46,356 bases of DNA from Neocallimastix sp. 'constans' (GCA_050613775.1 JBODTK010000110.1:496001-542356); one strand, 5' to 3'. Shown: positions 1 to 14,764, counted from the stretch's first letter. Numbers and translations are program-made. Notes: generated from the sequence alone by a model not told the origin.

Positions 1-2081
1 AATTGCTTCTTATAAAATGAGGCGATTTTATCCGAAAATAGTTGCGGTGAATTTGTACGACTATGATTAATTTTTTCCTGATAATTTAAATTCGTTTTAA
101 TTTTCAAATTAGATAGGACTTCCTCATTATTTATTGATTTTTCCAATTTAGAAGAAGAATCATCACTTAATAATTCATCAAAACTGTAATCTTCCCATGA
201 TTCTGGTACTTCATGATTTAATGAGGTAAGTAAAATTTTATTACAATGTGGATCACTTTGATTTTGATTTGAATTTTCACTTTCTATTTCATCCTCATCT
301 TCTGTACTAAAGATATTTGCATTTATTCTTAATGGAGTTGGATTAATAACATGATTAGTATTGTTATCATTTCTTAATGGATTAAATGGTGAGGATGGAA
401 TATTATGATGATGATGATTCTCATTATGTAATGGATTAAATGGAGATCGAATACTTTGACAACTACCATTACTTCTTAATGAATTACTATGACGACTACA
501 TATACTTCCAACTTTAATGGATCGATAAAGTCGATTATCTCTTGGTGAATAAAGATCATCTTCCAAATAAAAGGTTTCATTTTCCAATCCTCTACAAAAG
601 ATTTTAAGATTATGATTCTTTCCTTTTCTATTTTCTTTCTTATTTTCTAATCTTTTACCTTTATTTTCAATTTCATCTTCAATATCAGAATCTTTTTCAT
701 GTTCATGTTCATATTCAAGTTTATGATCATATTTATGATCATGTTTATACTTATAACTATTTTTATTTTCATGTTTATATACATATTGATTTTCTTCAGT
801 TTCTTCTTCAACTTCAACTTTACTTTCTTTTTCTTCTTCTTCTTCTTCTTCGTCACTTTCAATAAAATCATCTTCTTCTTCTTCTTCTGTATGACGTGAA
901 CAAAAACTGAAATGAGAAAGAGAAGAACGATTCAATAAATAATAATGACCATCATATTGATTATTATTTACAAAAGTTTGATCATTAAAGGTAAATTCCT
1001 TGATATTATTTTCATCTTTTTCATCATCATCATCATAGAAGCCACTACTATTAAAATCATTTCTTTCCATATGATCTTCATAATGCTTAATGAATCCTGG
1101 TGTATTATTGTAGGTAGATGAATTTGAGGAAGAAAAGTTGTATGATAAAGGAGAATCTTTCTTTGAAATTGGAGTAATCGGAATTGGGGTGGAATGATTA
1201 CTTTTCGTTGAGGAAAGAGGATTATATTTTGACTCATCGTACATTTCATCAATCGATAAAATAGCTTCTTTTAATTGAGCAAGATTCCATCTTTGTTCTG
1301 GATCAGTCTTGAAAATATTCTTTAAAATAGTATTCATTTCATCTGATAGACCTAATTGTTGTTGAAGTATATTAGGATTACTGGTGCTGAATTCATAATA
1401 GATATTATCCTCTGAAGAAGCATAAGCCCATGGATTACGTTCAAAACGTAAATTGACAAGGATCACACCTAATGCCCAAATATCTGACTTTTCTGGACTG
1501 TAACCTTTTGAGGTAGTATCAACACATTCTGGTGGTTCATATCTAAGGGTACCACAGTCATAATCTCTTGACCATTGGTCATCACAAGCTAAACCAAAAT
1601 CAGCAATTTTAATGTCACCATCAACAGTAATTAAAATATTTTCAGGTTTCAAATCACGATGATAAATTTTTCTTTCATGTAAAAATTGAACTGTATCAAT
1701 TAAAATTTCAAATACTTCCTTAGTATATTGATTTCCAAAACCATGATTATGAACAATAGCTTCAAATAAATCGCATTCACATAAATCTAAAACGAAAAAT
1801 AAATTTTCTTCTGTATCAATAACTTGGTATAAATTAACAATGTTTGGATGATTTTCAAGACTTTGTAAAAGTGCAGCTTCTCGATATTGAAGTTTAAGTT
1901 GAAATGAATTTAATCCTTTTTTAACAATACATTTTACTGCAAATAAATTATGATCGATATCTTCTGCTTTATATACAACAGCAAAAGAACCATAGCCTAT
2001 AACAGATAAGATTTTAAGTTCATTTGTATTTGGTAAAACGGTTCCAATTAAATCTGGAATTTCAAAATCAAAATCATTCAT
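1..2081 (-). CDS. Ser/Thr protein kinase, Ran1/Pat1 (Sks1/Vhs1)-like, with long acidic low-complexity C-terminal tail; 3' end beyond window edge
   Basis: Manual translation from ATG at 2081 gives MNDFDFEIPDLIG...IGYGSFAVVYKA...FAVKC...HPNIV...YHRDLKPENIL...DFGLA...CGTLRYEPPEC...SDIWALGVILVNLRFERNPW. All kinase subdomains are present, and the RNPW motif is typical of the Ran1/Pat1 family. The frame is still open at position 1 (...QLFSDKIASFYKKQ), so the ORF track missed it. Confidence 0.9.
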   Translation of the reverse strand, partial: MNDFDFEIPDLIGTVLPNTNELKILSVIGYGSFAVVYKAEDIDHNLFAVKCIVKKGLNSFQLKLQYREAALLQSLENHPNIVNLYQVIDTEENLFFVLDLCECDLFEAIVHNHGFGNQYTKEVFEILIDTVQFLHERKIYHRDLKPENILITVDGDIKIADFGLACDDQWSRDYDCGTLRYEPPECVDTTSKGYSPEKSDIWALGVILVNLRFERNPWAYASSEDNIYYEFSTSNPNILQQQLGLSDEMNTILKNIFKTDPEQRWNLAQLKEAILSIDEMYDESKYNPLSSTKSNHSTPIPITPISKKDSPLSYNFSSSNSSTYNNTPGFIKHYEDHMERNDFNSSGFYDDDDEKDENNIKEFTFNDQTFVNNNQYDGHYYLLNRSSLSHFSFCSRHTEEEEEDDFIESDEEEEEEEKESKVEVEEETEENQYVYKHENKNSYKYKHDHKYDHKLEYEHEHEKDSDIEDEIENKGKRLENKKENRKGKNHNLKIFCRGLENETFYLEDDLYSPRDNRLYRSIKVGSICSRHSNSLRSNGSCQSIRSPFNPLHNENHHHHNIPSSPFNPLRNDNNTNHVINPTPLRINANIFSTEDEDEIESENSNQNQSDPHCNKILLTSLNHEVPESWEDYSFDELLSDDSSSKLEKSINNEEVLSNLKIKTNLNYQEKINHSRTNSPQLFSDKIASFYKKQ

Positions 2082-2398
2082 TAGAACTATGTAATTAGTT
2101 TATATATATAAATTTTTAAAAGAAAAAAAAAAATATTATTTTTCTTTTTTCTTGCTCCAACTTTAATTAATAAAATAATTAATATAGTATGATAAAAATA
2201 CTTTATATAAATATATTAATATATATTTATTTTGCAATAAAATATATATATATTGTATTTTTATACTTTTTTTTTATTTTTTTTATTTTTTTTTTTTTTT
2301 TTAACTTTCTTTTTTTCCTTTTTTTTTTTTTTTTTATTTTTATTTTTATTTTTTTATAATTATTATATTAATTATTATTAAAATAATTTTATTTATTT

Positions 2399-2429
<31 letters not shown>

Positions 2430-2499
2430 ATTTTTTATTGTTATAAAATCATATATATAATTACATATATATATTATTATTAGTTTGATTATATGTTTA

Positions 2500-2620
2500 T
2501 TAAATTTATGATAGTACTGATGGTATTTAAATGAATATTAAATTTATGATAGTATTAATGGTATTTAAATGAATATGTAATTTATGATAGTATTAATGGT
2601 ATTTAAATGAATATGTAATT
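2500..2620. repeat. Tandem repeat, 38-bp unit x ~3
   Basis: Unit aatttatgatagtattaatggtatttaaatgaatat(g/t)(t/a) occurs three times with a few substitutions. Confidence 0.85.
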
Positions 2621-2908
2621 ATTATATATAATTAAAAAATTAAAAACTAAAGAATTTTATCTTTCTACAAATAGTTCTTTATTATTTCGGTATTATATTA
2701 TTGGTATTATTATTACTAGTTTTACCTAATAATCTAATTTTTTTATATATACATTTATGGTTTCGTTTGGTTTGTTCTTTATAATAAAAATGTCTATTTA
2801 TATTTATATATTTAATATTTACAAAAAAAAATATAAATAAAATAAAATAAAAATTACAAGTTGAATTGACTTATTATGTATAAAAAGGATATATTGTAAA
2901 GTAATTGT

Positions 2909-2940
<32 letters not shown>

Positions 2941-4535
2941 TGATGTATTTATATGTATATATATTTTTTATATTTTTAATTTTCAATATAATTTTATTAA
3001 TTTTTCTTTAACTACTAAAAAAATTAATAATATTATATGAAAATTCTATTATAAAACTATTTAAAATAAAATTTATACTTTTATAATTTTAAATATTTTA
3101 TAATTTTTCTTTCTTTTAAATTTATTTCTCTCTAAATCAAGAAAAAATTTAATTAATGCTTTATATTTAATCGAATTGGTATATTAATACAGTATATATT
3201 ATTTTTCTATATTATATACTATATATTTTTAATTATTAACAAAAAAAAAAAAAAAAATGAAACTATAGTTATTGAATTGTATTCAATAATATTATATTAA
3301 ATTATTTAATATTAAATTATAAAATTTTTGAATTATTTTGATATTAAAAAAAAGTATTTACAACATAAAAATATAATAATAATTGAATACGAATCTTCTT
3401 TTATATCAAAGAAAATAACATTAGCAATTATTATAAATAATGTTTTAATATTAATAAAATTGTAATATTTATATAATTGATTATATAAATAATGTTGATT
3501 TTTTAGTATTAATATTATATTATTATATTATTATATCAATTGAAAATATATATATAATATATTTTGATTTTTTCCTCTTTTTATGCCGAATATTTTTTTT
3601 TAACAAATACTTTTAATAAAATAGTATTATATAATTCAATTGACTATCTATTCTTTACTGTATATATTGTATATTACTTGTTACTGTTTTATTCTTTTTT
3701 TTTTTTTTTTTTTTTTTTGATTTATTTCTTTAAATTTTATTATTTTTTTATTAAATAATCGAATAAGTAATATTTTCCTAATTTCAAATTAGTTTATTCA
3801 ATTATTATCTAGTTTATATATATAAAGTATTTTCAATTCAAAATATTTCTTTATAGGTGTAATGGAACCTACAATAAAAGAATTGAAAATAAAAATATAT
3901 ATCTTTATAAAAAAAAAAAAAAAAAAAAAAAAAAGATTATATATGTATATATATAAATAAATTATATTACAAACTTATAAAATTTATAACAAATAAAAAA
4001 AATAATAACAATTTAAATAAATAATATTAAAAAATAATTAATAAAAAAATTTGTATATAAAAATAAATATATATATAAGAAATAAAAGAAAAAAATATAT
4101 CTTTAAATATATATATATATTTTAATTTTTTTGTTGTTTAAATAAAAAGGAAAAATAAAAAAATTTTAAATTAATGGTCTTTTTTACTTTCTTTTATATA
4201 ATTTTCATTTCTATAAATTTTAATTATTTTTAAAATTTTAATTATTAAAAAATTGATTATAAATTAATTATGAACTATTAATTATTAATTATTTAATATT
4301 TAATATCATGATTTAAATATAAAGTATTATTAATTTTTTATATTAAAGTAATTATTATATATTGTTATTATATATAGTTTATATTAATAGAATATGAGAT
4401 TAATTATTAAATTATTTACATTAATAATTGAAAATGTTTATCTAATTATTTATCTATTTATTATTTATTTATCTATTTATTATTTATTAATTTTTATTTA
4501 TTTATTTATTTATCTATTTATTATTTATTCATTTT

Positions 4536-4724
<189 letters not shown>

Positions 4725-7700
4725 AGTATTAAATATTATTGCATATAATAATATAAATTTTTTTAAAATAACAAAAAAACATTTTCATTAATACAATAAA
4801 ATTATTTTATTAATATATAATATTTTATATATTACATATATTGAAATATATTAACATATTTAATAGAAATATATTATAATAGATTATACTCTTAGGTTGA
4901 CAGTAAATTCGAGTAACTGAACTTTAAAAATTATAATTTAAAAAATTAAAAACTAACATTAAATTATAATTAACTTGATATATTGGTAGATATTAAACTT
5001 TTATATAAACAATATAAATAGAATAAATTAGAATCATTAACTTATTATATAGTAAATAGCAATATTAATATAAATATAATCCATTCAGTGTGGAGCCAAT
5101 AGATATATGATATATTATTGAAATATATTGGAATTGATTAAATATTAATAAAACCAAGAATCACACACTAATTTATGTTCAATAGGTTTTATATTCTATT
5201 TCAATATATAGAATTAATAATTATAATTAAATACAATTTATCATATGTCAATTAATTGATAATATATTATTAATAATATTTGGATTTGAATAATACCAAA
5301 AATGTGAATTTATAAAAAAAAAAAAAAAATTAAAAAACTTATAATAATCATAAATCTATAGTTTAAAAATAGATTAATATAAATAGAATAGATAAGGATA
5401 AATCAATTATTTCATTATATTTTATCATAAATTATTAATATATTATTTTAAATAAAGAAAAAGTATAATATATAGTATGAATATATTATAATATACGAAA
5501 TATATTTATTACATTATAATTAATTCTTGTATGAATTTTTATGATAGAATAAAATGAAAAATCAAAAATTATAATTTAATAATATATATAATATATATGG
5601 AATATATTTCATTGAATTTATTGAATAATATATTATACATATATAAACAGAATAAAAAATTTAAATCAATTTAATCTTTTGAAATTTTAAAAAAATAATA
5701 TAAAAATTAAAATTTTAAAAAAAACATTTAAATAAATTGGTACATGTTTATTAAAACTTTCATCATTAATTTTAAACCTTCACTTAATTACATTGTATTT
5801 CTGCAATTCTATGCTATTCCATTTTGTTCTTTTCATAGGTTTACATATATATTATTACTAAATGTGAGGATATCTATTATTTTCATATGTTAAATGTAAT
5901 ATTATATTTTCATAGGTAATTTTCATATGTAATTCAAACTTTTCATACGCAATTCATACTTTTCACATGTAATTTTTATAGGTTTTTATATGCTATATAT
6001 ATATATATATATGTACAATATTCATATTATAGTCATTTATTTCCTATTATTTCTTAATTAATATATATAAAAAAGTTTGATATAAAAAATATTTAAAAGT
6101 TTATTTATTTCAATTTTATATATAATTAATAAAGTTCACCCCAATAAATTACCTCTTTTATTCTATATGATACAGATTAAATATATACTAAATAGCTTAA
6201 ATAGCTTTAGCGTAAAAACTAATATGTATAATAATTCATAATTAAGAACATATTATTATATTATTTATTAATTATTAATTATTATTATATTTTTTTGTTA
6301 TTAGTTTTCATTATTTATTAGTTATTATTTATTATTTATTTTTAGTTTTTTATTATTTAATTATTTATTATTTATTATATAAATGTATCTAATAATTTTT
6401 AATTTTTAATTTTATAAAATGTTTTTTACTTTTTTATTTATTATTAATTTTTTATTTATTTAATTTAATATTAATTATTAAAATTTAATTAAAATTTAAT
6501 TATTTATAAAAATTTAATAATTATAGTATTAAAATTTGATAAATGTTCCAAAAATGATTATATTTATTTAATAATTAAAAATTAAGTGACCAAAAAGTAA
6601 TCCTAAATTAATTTTATAATATATTATATATATATATTATTTTCAATACAAATAGTAAAGGTTGATGTATTAAATAAAAAAATAAATAAAACTTTAAATT
6701 ATAATATTTTTTTTTATTTATATTTTTTTGTAATTTTTACAATTTTCCATTTTTAAGTTCTTTAAAAACTATTTATTAATAAATTATTGAATTATTAAAT
6801 TTTTTATAATTTTATATAATAATATATTTGAAAATTTTACATAAAATATATAAATTTATTATATTTTATTTAAATAAAAATATTTATTTTTAGAATTCAT
6901 TTTAAATAATTAAAAAGATATTCTCTGCAACTTTTTTTTTAATATAAAGTTTAAATAATTATATTTTTTTTGTATCTACATTAATGTAATTTTTATTTTT
7001 TTAAAAATAAAAATAACACCATTTATTGTCTTTCTAAGTCATTTACTGATACATAATATTGATAATATTGACTATTATTTAAATGTAACAGAATAAGACT
7101 TGATTAATGAACTTTGATAATATGTACAAAAAAATTATATTGTAAAGATTTTATAAAAAATACATGTATCATGTAACCTTTTTATAAAAACGTATTAACC
7201 TTATTAACTTTTTTTATGAAAATACATTTAAATAATATTTTATATGTATGTATAAAAATAGTATCTATAAATTTTATCATATTTAAAACAGAGGACGCTT
7301 AACTAATTAGATTTTATTTAAAATAGAAAAAAACATGCCTTATAATAAGTTATTCATTATCCACCTTTATGCTTGCATTTAATAATATATTTGTATTTTT
7401 TTTTTTGTATGATACATTTATATTTGTATTTCTTTATATATACAAAGTTAACAATTTTGTTTTCCTCAATTATTGTCTAATTGTATTTTTATAAATAAAT
7501 TTTTATTATAGAAATTATAGAATTAAATATATATGTATTAATGTTTTAAAAAAATTTTTTTTTTTTTACTTTTTGTTTTTAGCTTGTTAATTTATTACAA
7601 AACAAATTAATTTTATTATTGAGTTGATAAATTCAATAAATATAATTTATATGTATTAAAGATAAAATAATATAATAAATAATTTAAATTATACTTGCTT

Positions 7701-8682
7701 TTTCTTTTTTTCTTAAAAAAAATTAATTAATAGAAAATTAATAATATTAAATAAAATATATATAAAAAAAATAAATATATTAGGTCATATGAAAATACGA
7801 ATATACTAAATATAAAACGTTTTTGAATTCAAAAATGCATACACATTTATTTACCAAATGCATAATAGATAATATATATATTAATTACATATTAAGAAAT
7901 AATACAAAAAAAAAAAAAAAAAGAACAAAAGAAATCATGATTGAATTTTGAAAAATATTCATAATTATAAAGGAATGAATAAATATATATAGACATTGAT
8001 TTATGACATGTGAATGTTTTGTATTATTTTTATTAAGAAGAAAAAGTATATATGTATACATAATAAAATATTCTTAATATAAAATACTTGTTATATGTAT
8101 CATAATTATTTTAGATTTAAATTATTTTATTTTCACTAATATTATCAATTATAAAAAATATAATAAACGACAAGAGTTGAAGTTTTTAAAAAGAAACTAA
8201 TTAAACTTTTTTGTGTACAAGTTAACACTGTAGAAATTTTAATAATTATAAAAAAAGAAATTATATATATAATATATATTATATATAATATAGATATTGA
8301 ATAAAAACTAAAACTTTACAATTATTTTAAAATATTCAAAAAAATAGAAAATAATTTTTTTTATTTTATTTTTTACAATATATAGTTTATCTTAATTTGA
8401 ATGATTAATTTAATTTTAATGAACCTTATTAATTATAAAAATTTTTTATTTCTCTATTAATAAAAAATAAAGCTTATTTATGTCATTTTAATATTAAAAA
8501 TTTTAATTATTATAAAAATTTACATTTAAAAAAAAAACTTTAAATATGTATATATATTAAATTTTTTTTTTTTTTTTAATTTTATTTTGAACATTTTATA
8601 TTTTAAATTCATATTCATTTTTTATTATTTATTATTTATTATATTATTTATAAATTATTATTTATTACAATTTGTTATTTGT

Positions 8683-9090
8683 TATTTATTATTTATTATT
8701 TATTATTTATTATTTATTATTTATTATTTATTATTTATTATTTATTATTTATTATTTATTATTTATTATTTATTATTTATTATTTATTATTTATTATTTA
8801 TTATTTATTATTTATTATTTATTATTTTTATTATTTATTATTTATTATTTATTATTTATTATTTATTATTTATTATTTATTATTTATTATTTATTATTTA
8901 TTATTTATTATTTATTATTTATTATTTTTATTATTTTTATTATTTTTATTATTACTCAATTATTTATTATTTATTATTTATTATTTATTATTTATTATTT
9001 ATTATTTATTTTATATTATTTATTATTTATTATTTATTATTTATTATTTATTATTTATTATTTATTATTTATTATTTATTATTTATTATT
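8683..9090. repeat. (TTATTAT)n heptanucleotide microsatellite
   Basis: 7-bp period; translates as LLFIIYY repeats in all three plus frames. Confidence 0.95.
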
Positions 9091-9961
9091 TAATATTTAT
9101 TATTTATGTTAAATATAAAATTCTATTAAAATTAGCCAAAAATTAAAAATTAATAAAAAAAATAATGAACAATTATAAAATTTACGTTGGTTTTTAATAA
9201 TTACATATATTTTATTTTTTTTTTTTATATTTATTTATTTTCAATTTTTTATTTTATAAATTTGCTTAAATTATAACATATATCATATCATACGGCAACT
9301 ATTGAATGAAATTAAAATTTAATCTATAAATTTAATTAGAGCTTTAAACTATATAACTTCAATATATAAAAATAAGGAAAATAAGGAAAATAGGAGCATT
9401 GAATCAACTTTACCAATAAAATAGACTAATGACAGTTATTACAAATATCTATTCTATAAACCTCTTTGATTTTAGGAGACTTTTATTTATTTTTATTATT
9501 TTAATTTAATAAAAATTTCACTATAGAAAGGAAATTTCTTATTTTATATTATCAATTTTATTATTAATTATAATAATAAACTATTCCAATTCTTTTAATA
9601 TTAGTTTAAATTTTGTTTTTATTGCTATTATTCCTTTGATAATTGTTCTATTTTGAAAAAAAAATCATAGTTTATAAAGTTGAGTATCCAAAATATATAT
9701 ATATATAAATTATTTTCACATAAATAATATTATTTAAAATAATAATAATTTTAATTATAATTTTAATTTTAAATATATTTTTTTTTTTGTTTATGAAATT
9801 TTAAAATCTTCATTCTTATTTGTTTTTTTTATCGAAGAAAAAAAAAATATTTAAAAAAGAGAATAAAAAATTAAAAATTAAAATCAATCAAAACTTTCAA
9901 TCAAAATATAAAGGAATTATTGTTAAAACATTATTCAGTTCTAAAAATGTATATATATTTT

Positions 9962-10008
<47 letters not shown>

Positions 10009-10809
10009 TATTTTTTTTTCCAATTTTTAATTATTATATATTATTAATTTTAAAATTTTTTTTAATTTTATCATCATTATTATTTTATTATTATTTTATT
10101 ATGATTAATATTATTATATTATTATTATTATTTAATTTGTTTAATAATTATGTTTTTTAATTATTTGTATGATTAAAATATGAAAAATTAATTTAAAAAT
10201 TAAAATTAAAATAATTATAATTTAAAATAAAAAAAAAACATTATTTTAATAAATTTTAATACTTAAATAAAAAATAAAATTATTTTAATTATTTCCTCTT
10301 ATGTCAATACATTCACCATTTTACCTAAATATTTAGTTTATTACATCTCTTTTTGTATATTACTATATAAATGAATTATTAATTAATAAATTATTTTAAC
10401 CAATAGCTTTTAAACATTGAATGATTCAAAACTTTATTTTATAATAAAATTAAAAAAATTAATATAAATTATTAATTGAAAAGGATTCATGTGTTGAAGT
10501 TAAACTTTCTATTACGGTGAATATTTATATGAATTTTAATATATAAATAGAGGATTATTATATAATTAAGTAGATAAATAATAATCAATAAAACAGACGG
10601 CTAATCAATTCTTAATTAAAATAAATAAATAAAAAAAAATATTAGTTCAATTTTTAGATAAATAAAAAAATTATTCTATTTTTATTCTAATTTGTATCAC
10701 CATCTTTTTTACCACAATTTAATTAAATAATTTACAACAAAAATAACTTTATAGTTATAAAAGGTTATATTTGGTAAGATAAAAAATATGATCTTGAATT
10801 ATTAAATAT

Positions 10810-10986
10810 TTATTATTTATTATTTACTATTTATTTATTATTCATAATTCATTATTCATTATTCATTATTCATTATTTATTATTTATTATTCATAATTCA
10901 TTATTCATTATTCATTATTTATTATTCATTATTCATTATTCATTATTCATTATTCATTATTCGTTATTTATTATTTATTATTTATT
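10810..10986. repeat. Mixed (TTCATTA)/(TTTATTA) heptanucleotide microsatellite
   Basis: attcatt units interleaved with atttatt units. Confidence 0.9.
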
Positions 10987-12859
10987 ATATAATATAAAAT
11001 TGAGCAAGAAATATTAATATTTCTGTTTATAGATTTATTGGTGACAGTATTTTAATAATATTCCTAATTAATTTTTAATATTAAAATAAAAACAAATAAT
11101 TTTACATATTGATAATAAATAATTATTATTTAATTAATAACAAATAAAAATAAATAATATATAATATATAATAATTAGTAATTAATAGAAAATAATTATA
11201 TAATAAATAATAAACAAATAAAATAACTAACACTAACTGATAAATAAATAATTATTATTAAATTCAAATTAATTAGATTTAAATAATTCAATAAATATTA
11301 ATTACTACATACCAATAATTAACATTTGTAATTATCAAAATTAGTAATAATAAAACTAAGCATCTAATAACAATTATTAAAAATGATTATTGAATACTAT
11401 TGAATACTAAATATAATATTATAAGTAATTAATAACTAATAAATAAATACCAATTATATATTTAATACAAATTATATTATTTATTATTAGATAAGTCAAT
11501 AATTACATTATACCAAAATAATAGATTTAAACTAAAAATATTTAATTTTTATTAATAAAAATATTGATTAAATAATAAGATTTAATAATCATCATCATAT
11601 AACTCATTTTTCTTAATCTAATTAAAAAAATAAAAAAAAATGTTAATTAATCAAATATTTAATATTATAAATATTTTTAATATAACTAATTTGAACTTTA
11701 AATAACTTTATTATGTTAAAAGCAGGTGATAAAAGTCATTCTTTTTGGTTTATAGCTATTTAAAGATATATTTATATACATATATATATATATGAAATTC
11801 AACCATTTTTTAAATTAACTCTAATTATTTATAATATATTCTATATAAATATAATTTATATAATACTATAAAATTTTTAATTAGCATTAAACTTTTCAAT
11901 AAATAAAAATATTTTATTTTATTTTTTATAGAATAGTATAATTAACTAAAAACTATTAATTTTACATAAATCAAAGATCTAAAAGATATATCATAATGTA
12001 TTGCATTGTTCACTTTTAATTAGTATTATTATATTAAAATAGAATTTAGATAAAAATATTTTTAAAAAATTTTTAAATAAAATCCTTTTTTTATTTTTTT
12101 CTTTTTTTTTTAATAAAAACTTTCAAACCATTAATTTTGAAGTACCAATAAAAATAAAAATAAAAAAAAATTTTTTTATTAATATTTAAAATATTTTTAA
12201 ATAAATAAAAAATTTCTTATCAATCAATTAATTTTGAATTTAAATTTATTTAAAATCTTTTAAATTTTAAGTAATATGAAAATATAAAAAAAAAAAATTG
12301 TAATATTTATTATTTCATGTTTTATATATAATAAAATTAAAGTTTAAATATTATATATATCTTAAAAAAATATAATAATTAATAAAATAAAAATTTTTAA
12401 AAAAAAAAAGGAAAAAAAATTTTCAACAAATTTAAAATCATTCAGCCTCAAATTGAATGTATAAATAAATAAATAAAAAAAGCTATCAAAGAATAAGTAT
12501 ATATAATATTATAATGTTATATATATGTTATATATGAGGGGTTTTTTTTAATAAAATATATTCCAAAATATTTAATGTAATATAATATATAAATATATAA
12601 TTATTATTTATACTTTATTATAATCCAGATTGGCGAAATAAAATCTATATAATATAATAAATTTTATTAAACACATTTATAATAAATTTTGTTAATACAG
12701 TAGAAAAAAAAAATTTTTTAAATTTATAACTTTAATGGTATAGAGATTGATAGATGTAATTAATAATAGAGATGATAGTTTTATGTTTTATTATATGCTT
12801 TACCATAATAATCAAAATGAAGTATATAAAAAGAAATATGAATAATATTTTTAATATTA

Positions 12860-12902
<43 letters not shown>

Positions 12903-13048
12903 AAATTTAAATTTAATATATATAATACTATAAAATATTGTAATGATAACTTTGTATTATTTTAAATACTAATAATACTATAATTATAATAATACCTTTT
13001 CTTTTAAAAAAGTAAATTGAAATATAAAAATATATAATAAATCCACCT

Positions 13049-13054
<6 letters not shown>

Positions 13055-13126
<72 letters not shown>

Positions 13127-13128
13127 TA
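13055..13128. repeat. (ATT)n microsatellite
   Basis: Trinucleotide run seen directly. Confidence 0.9.
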
Positions 13129-13401
13129 TATAATATATTAAGACTTTTTCTTAAAGTTTTCTTTATTAAATAAATAAGAATAATAATTATTATAATGATT
13201 ATTTGACATTATTGCACATTAAATCGTTTTAGATCATTGCATCCATTTTATTTTTTCCTATTTTATTTTTTATTTTATTATTATTTTTATTGCTAGCATT
13301 TAATTTTATTTAAAGTTTAAAAATAATCTTTAACTTTTTTTACATATATACAACAATATGATGTATAAAAAAATGAAGATATTAATAGCATATAACGAAA
13401 T

Positions 13402-13432
<31 letters not shown>

Positions 13433-13878
13433 TATAATTTATAATTCTATTAATATATGTATATAATAATAATATATATTTTTAATAAAGATAATGAAAG
13501 AAAACTTTAAAATATCACATATAAATAGTATGAATGATATTTATAAATGATAAACTTTTTTTTTTAAAATGAAAAAAAAAAATTATTAATAATTAAAAAG
13601 GTATTAATGACTCAAAAAGTAAAATGAAAATTATCACAAGTTATATATAATTATTACTTTTTTGAAATCATCTAAGATAATTTAACAAATAATAGATAAA
13701 CTAATAGAATTTTTGAAATTTATTGAATGAGTCATGTACAATATTATTTTTTTCTTTTTTTCTTTTTTTTCTTTTTTTTTTTTTTCTTTTTTTATTATTT
13801 TCATATTAAATATTCAAAAAAAATTAATTCAAAGTAAAAGTGTGTATATATACAATAAATAGGTTGGATAAGAAATAA

Positions 13879-13909
<31 letters not shown>

Positions 13910-14711
13910 AAAGAAATACTTGTAAAATTTTAATATATAAAAATTAAACTTTTAATATATTATTTTTTTTATAAAACTTTAAAATGTTGAACAAGTAATT
14001 ATATAAAAACATTCAACAATTTTTTTATTTTATTTTTTTTTTTAAAATTGTTTATTATAAATAATATATAAATGATTATAAATAGAAATCGATTAAATTA
14101 GTTTCAGATATTAAACTGTACTATAAAATAATAATATTATTAATATTAATATTAATATTTTCCTAGAAATAATAAAACATTGTTATTACATTAATAACAT
14201 TTTATGATAATAAAAAAAAAAATAAAAATAAGAATTATAATATTATACTACAATAATATAATATTTTAATAACATTTTCTATAATAATCTTTTTATATTT
14301 GTTATAATAGTTTAAATTTATTAAAAATTATAGAAATTACAATATTTTTAATAAACTTTATTTAATAGTTAACATTTTTAAAAATAGAACATAATCGATT
14401 ATAATCGATTATATTATATTTTTATTAGACTGCTAAAAAAATAAAAAAAAAAAAAGTCAAAAAACGACCTTTCTTCTCTCCATCTATAAAATATATATAA
14501 AATATATAAAATAAAGTTTTTTTTTATTTTATTTCATTAAAATATTAAAAAAGAAATAGATAACTTTAATATTAAAAAGGTAATAATAAATATATTTTAT
14601 AATCATAATATAAATTATATAATTTATATAATAAAAAATTTAAAAAAAAATATTAAAATGATAGAAAAAAAAAACTCATTAAAATAAATTTATGTTTTCA
14701 ATTAAATAACC

Positions 14712-14764
<53 letters not shown>

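Noticed and set aside
647..1252. Short ORFs 647-871, 699-899 and 968-1252
   Set aside because: Off-frame or antisense to the kinase tail
5075..5150. NPFSVEPIDI, reminiscent of a retroelement integrase start
   Set aside because: Too short, with no supporting downstream motifs
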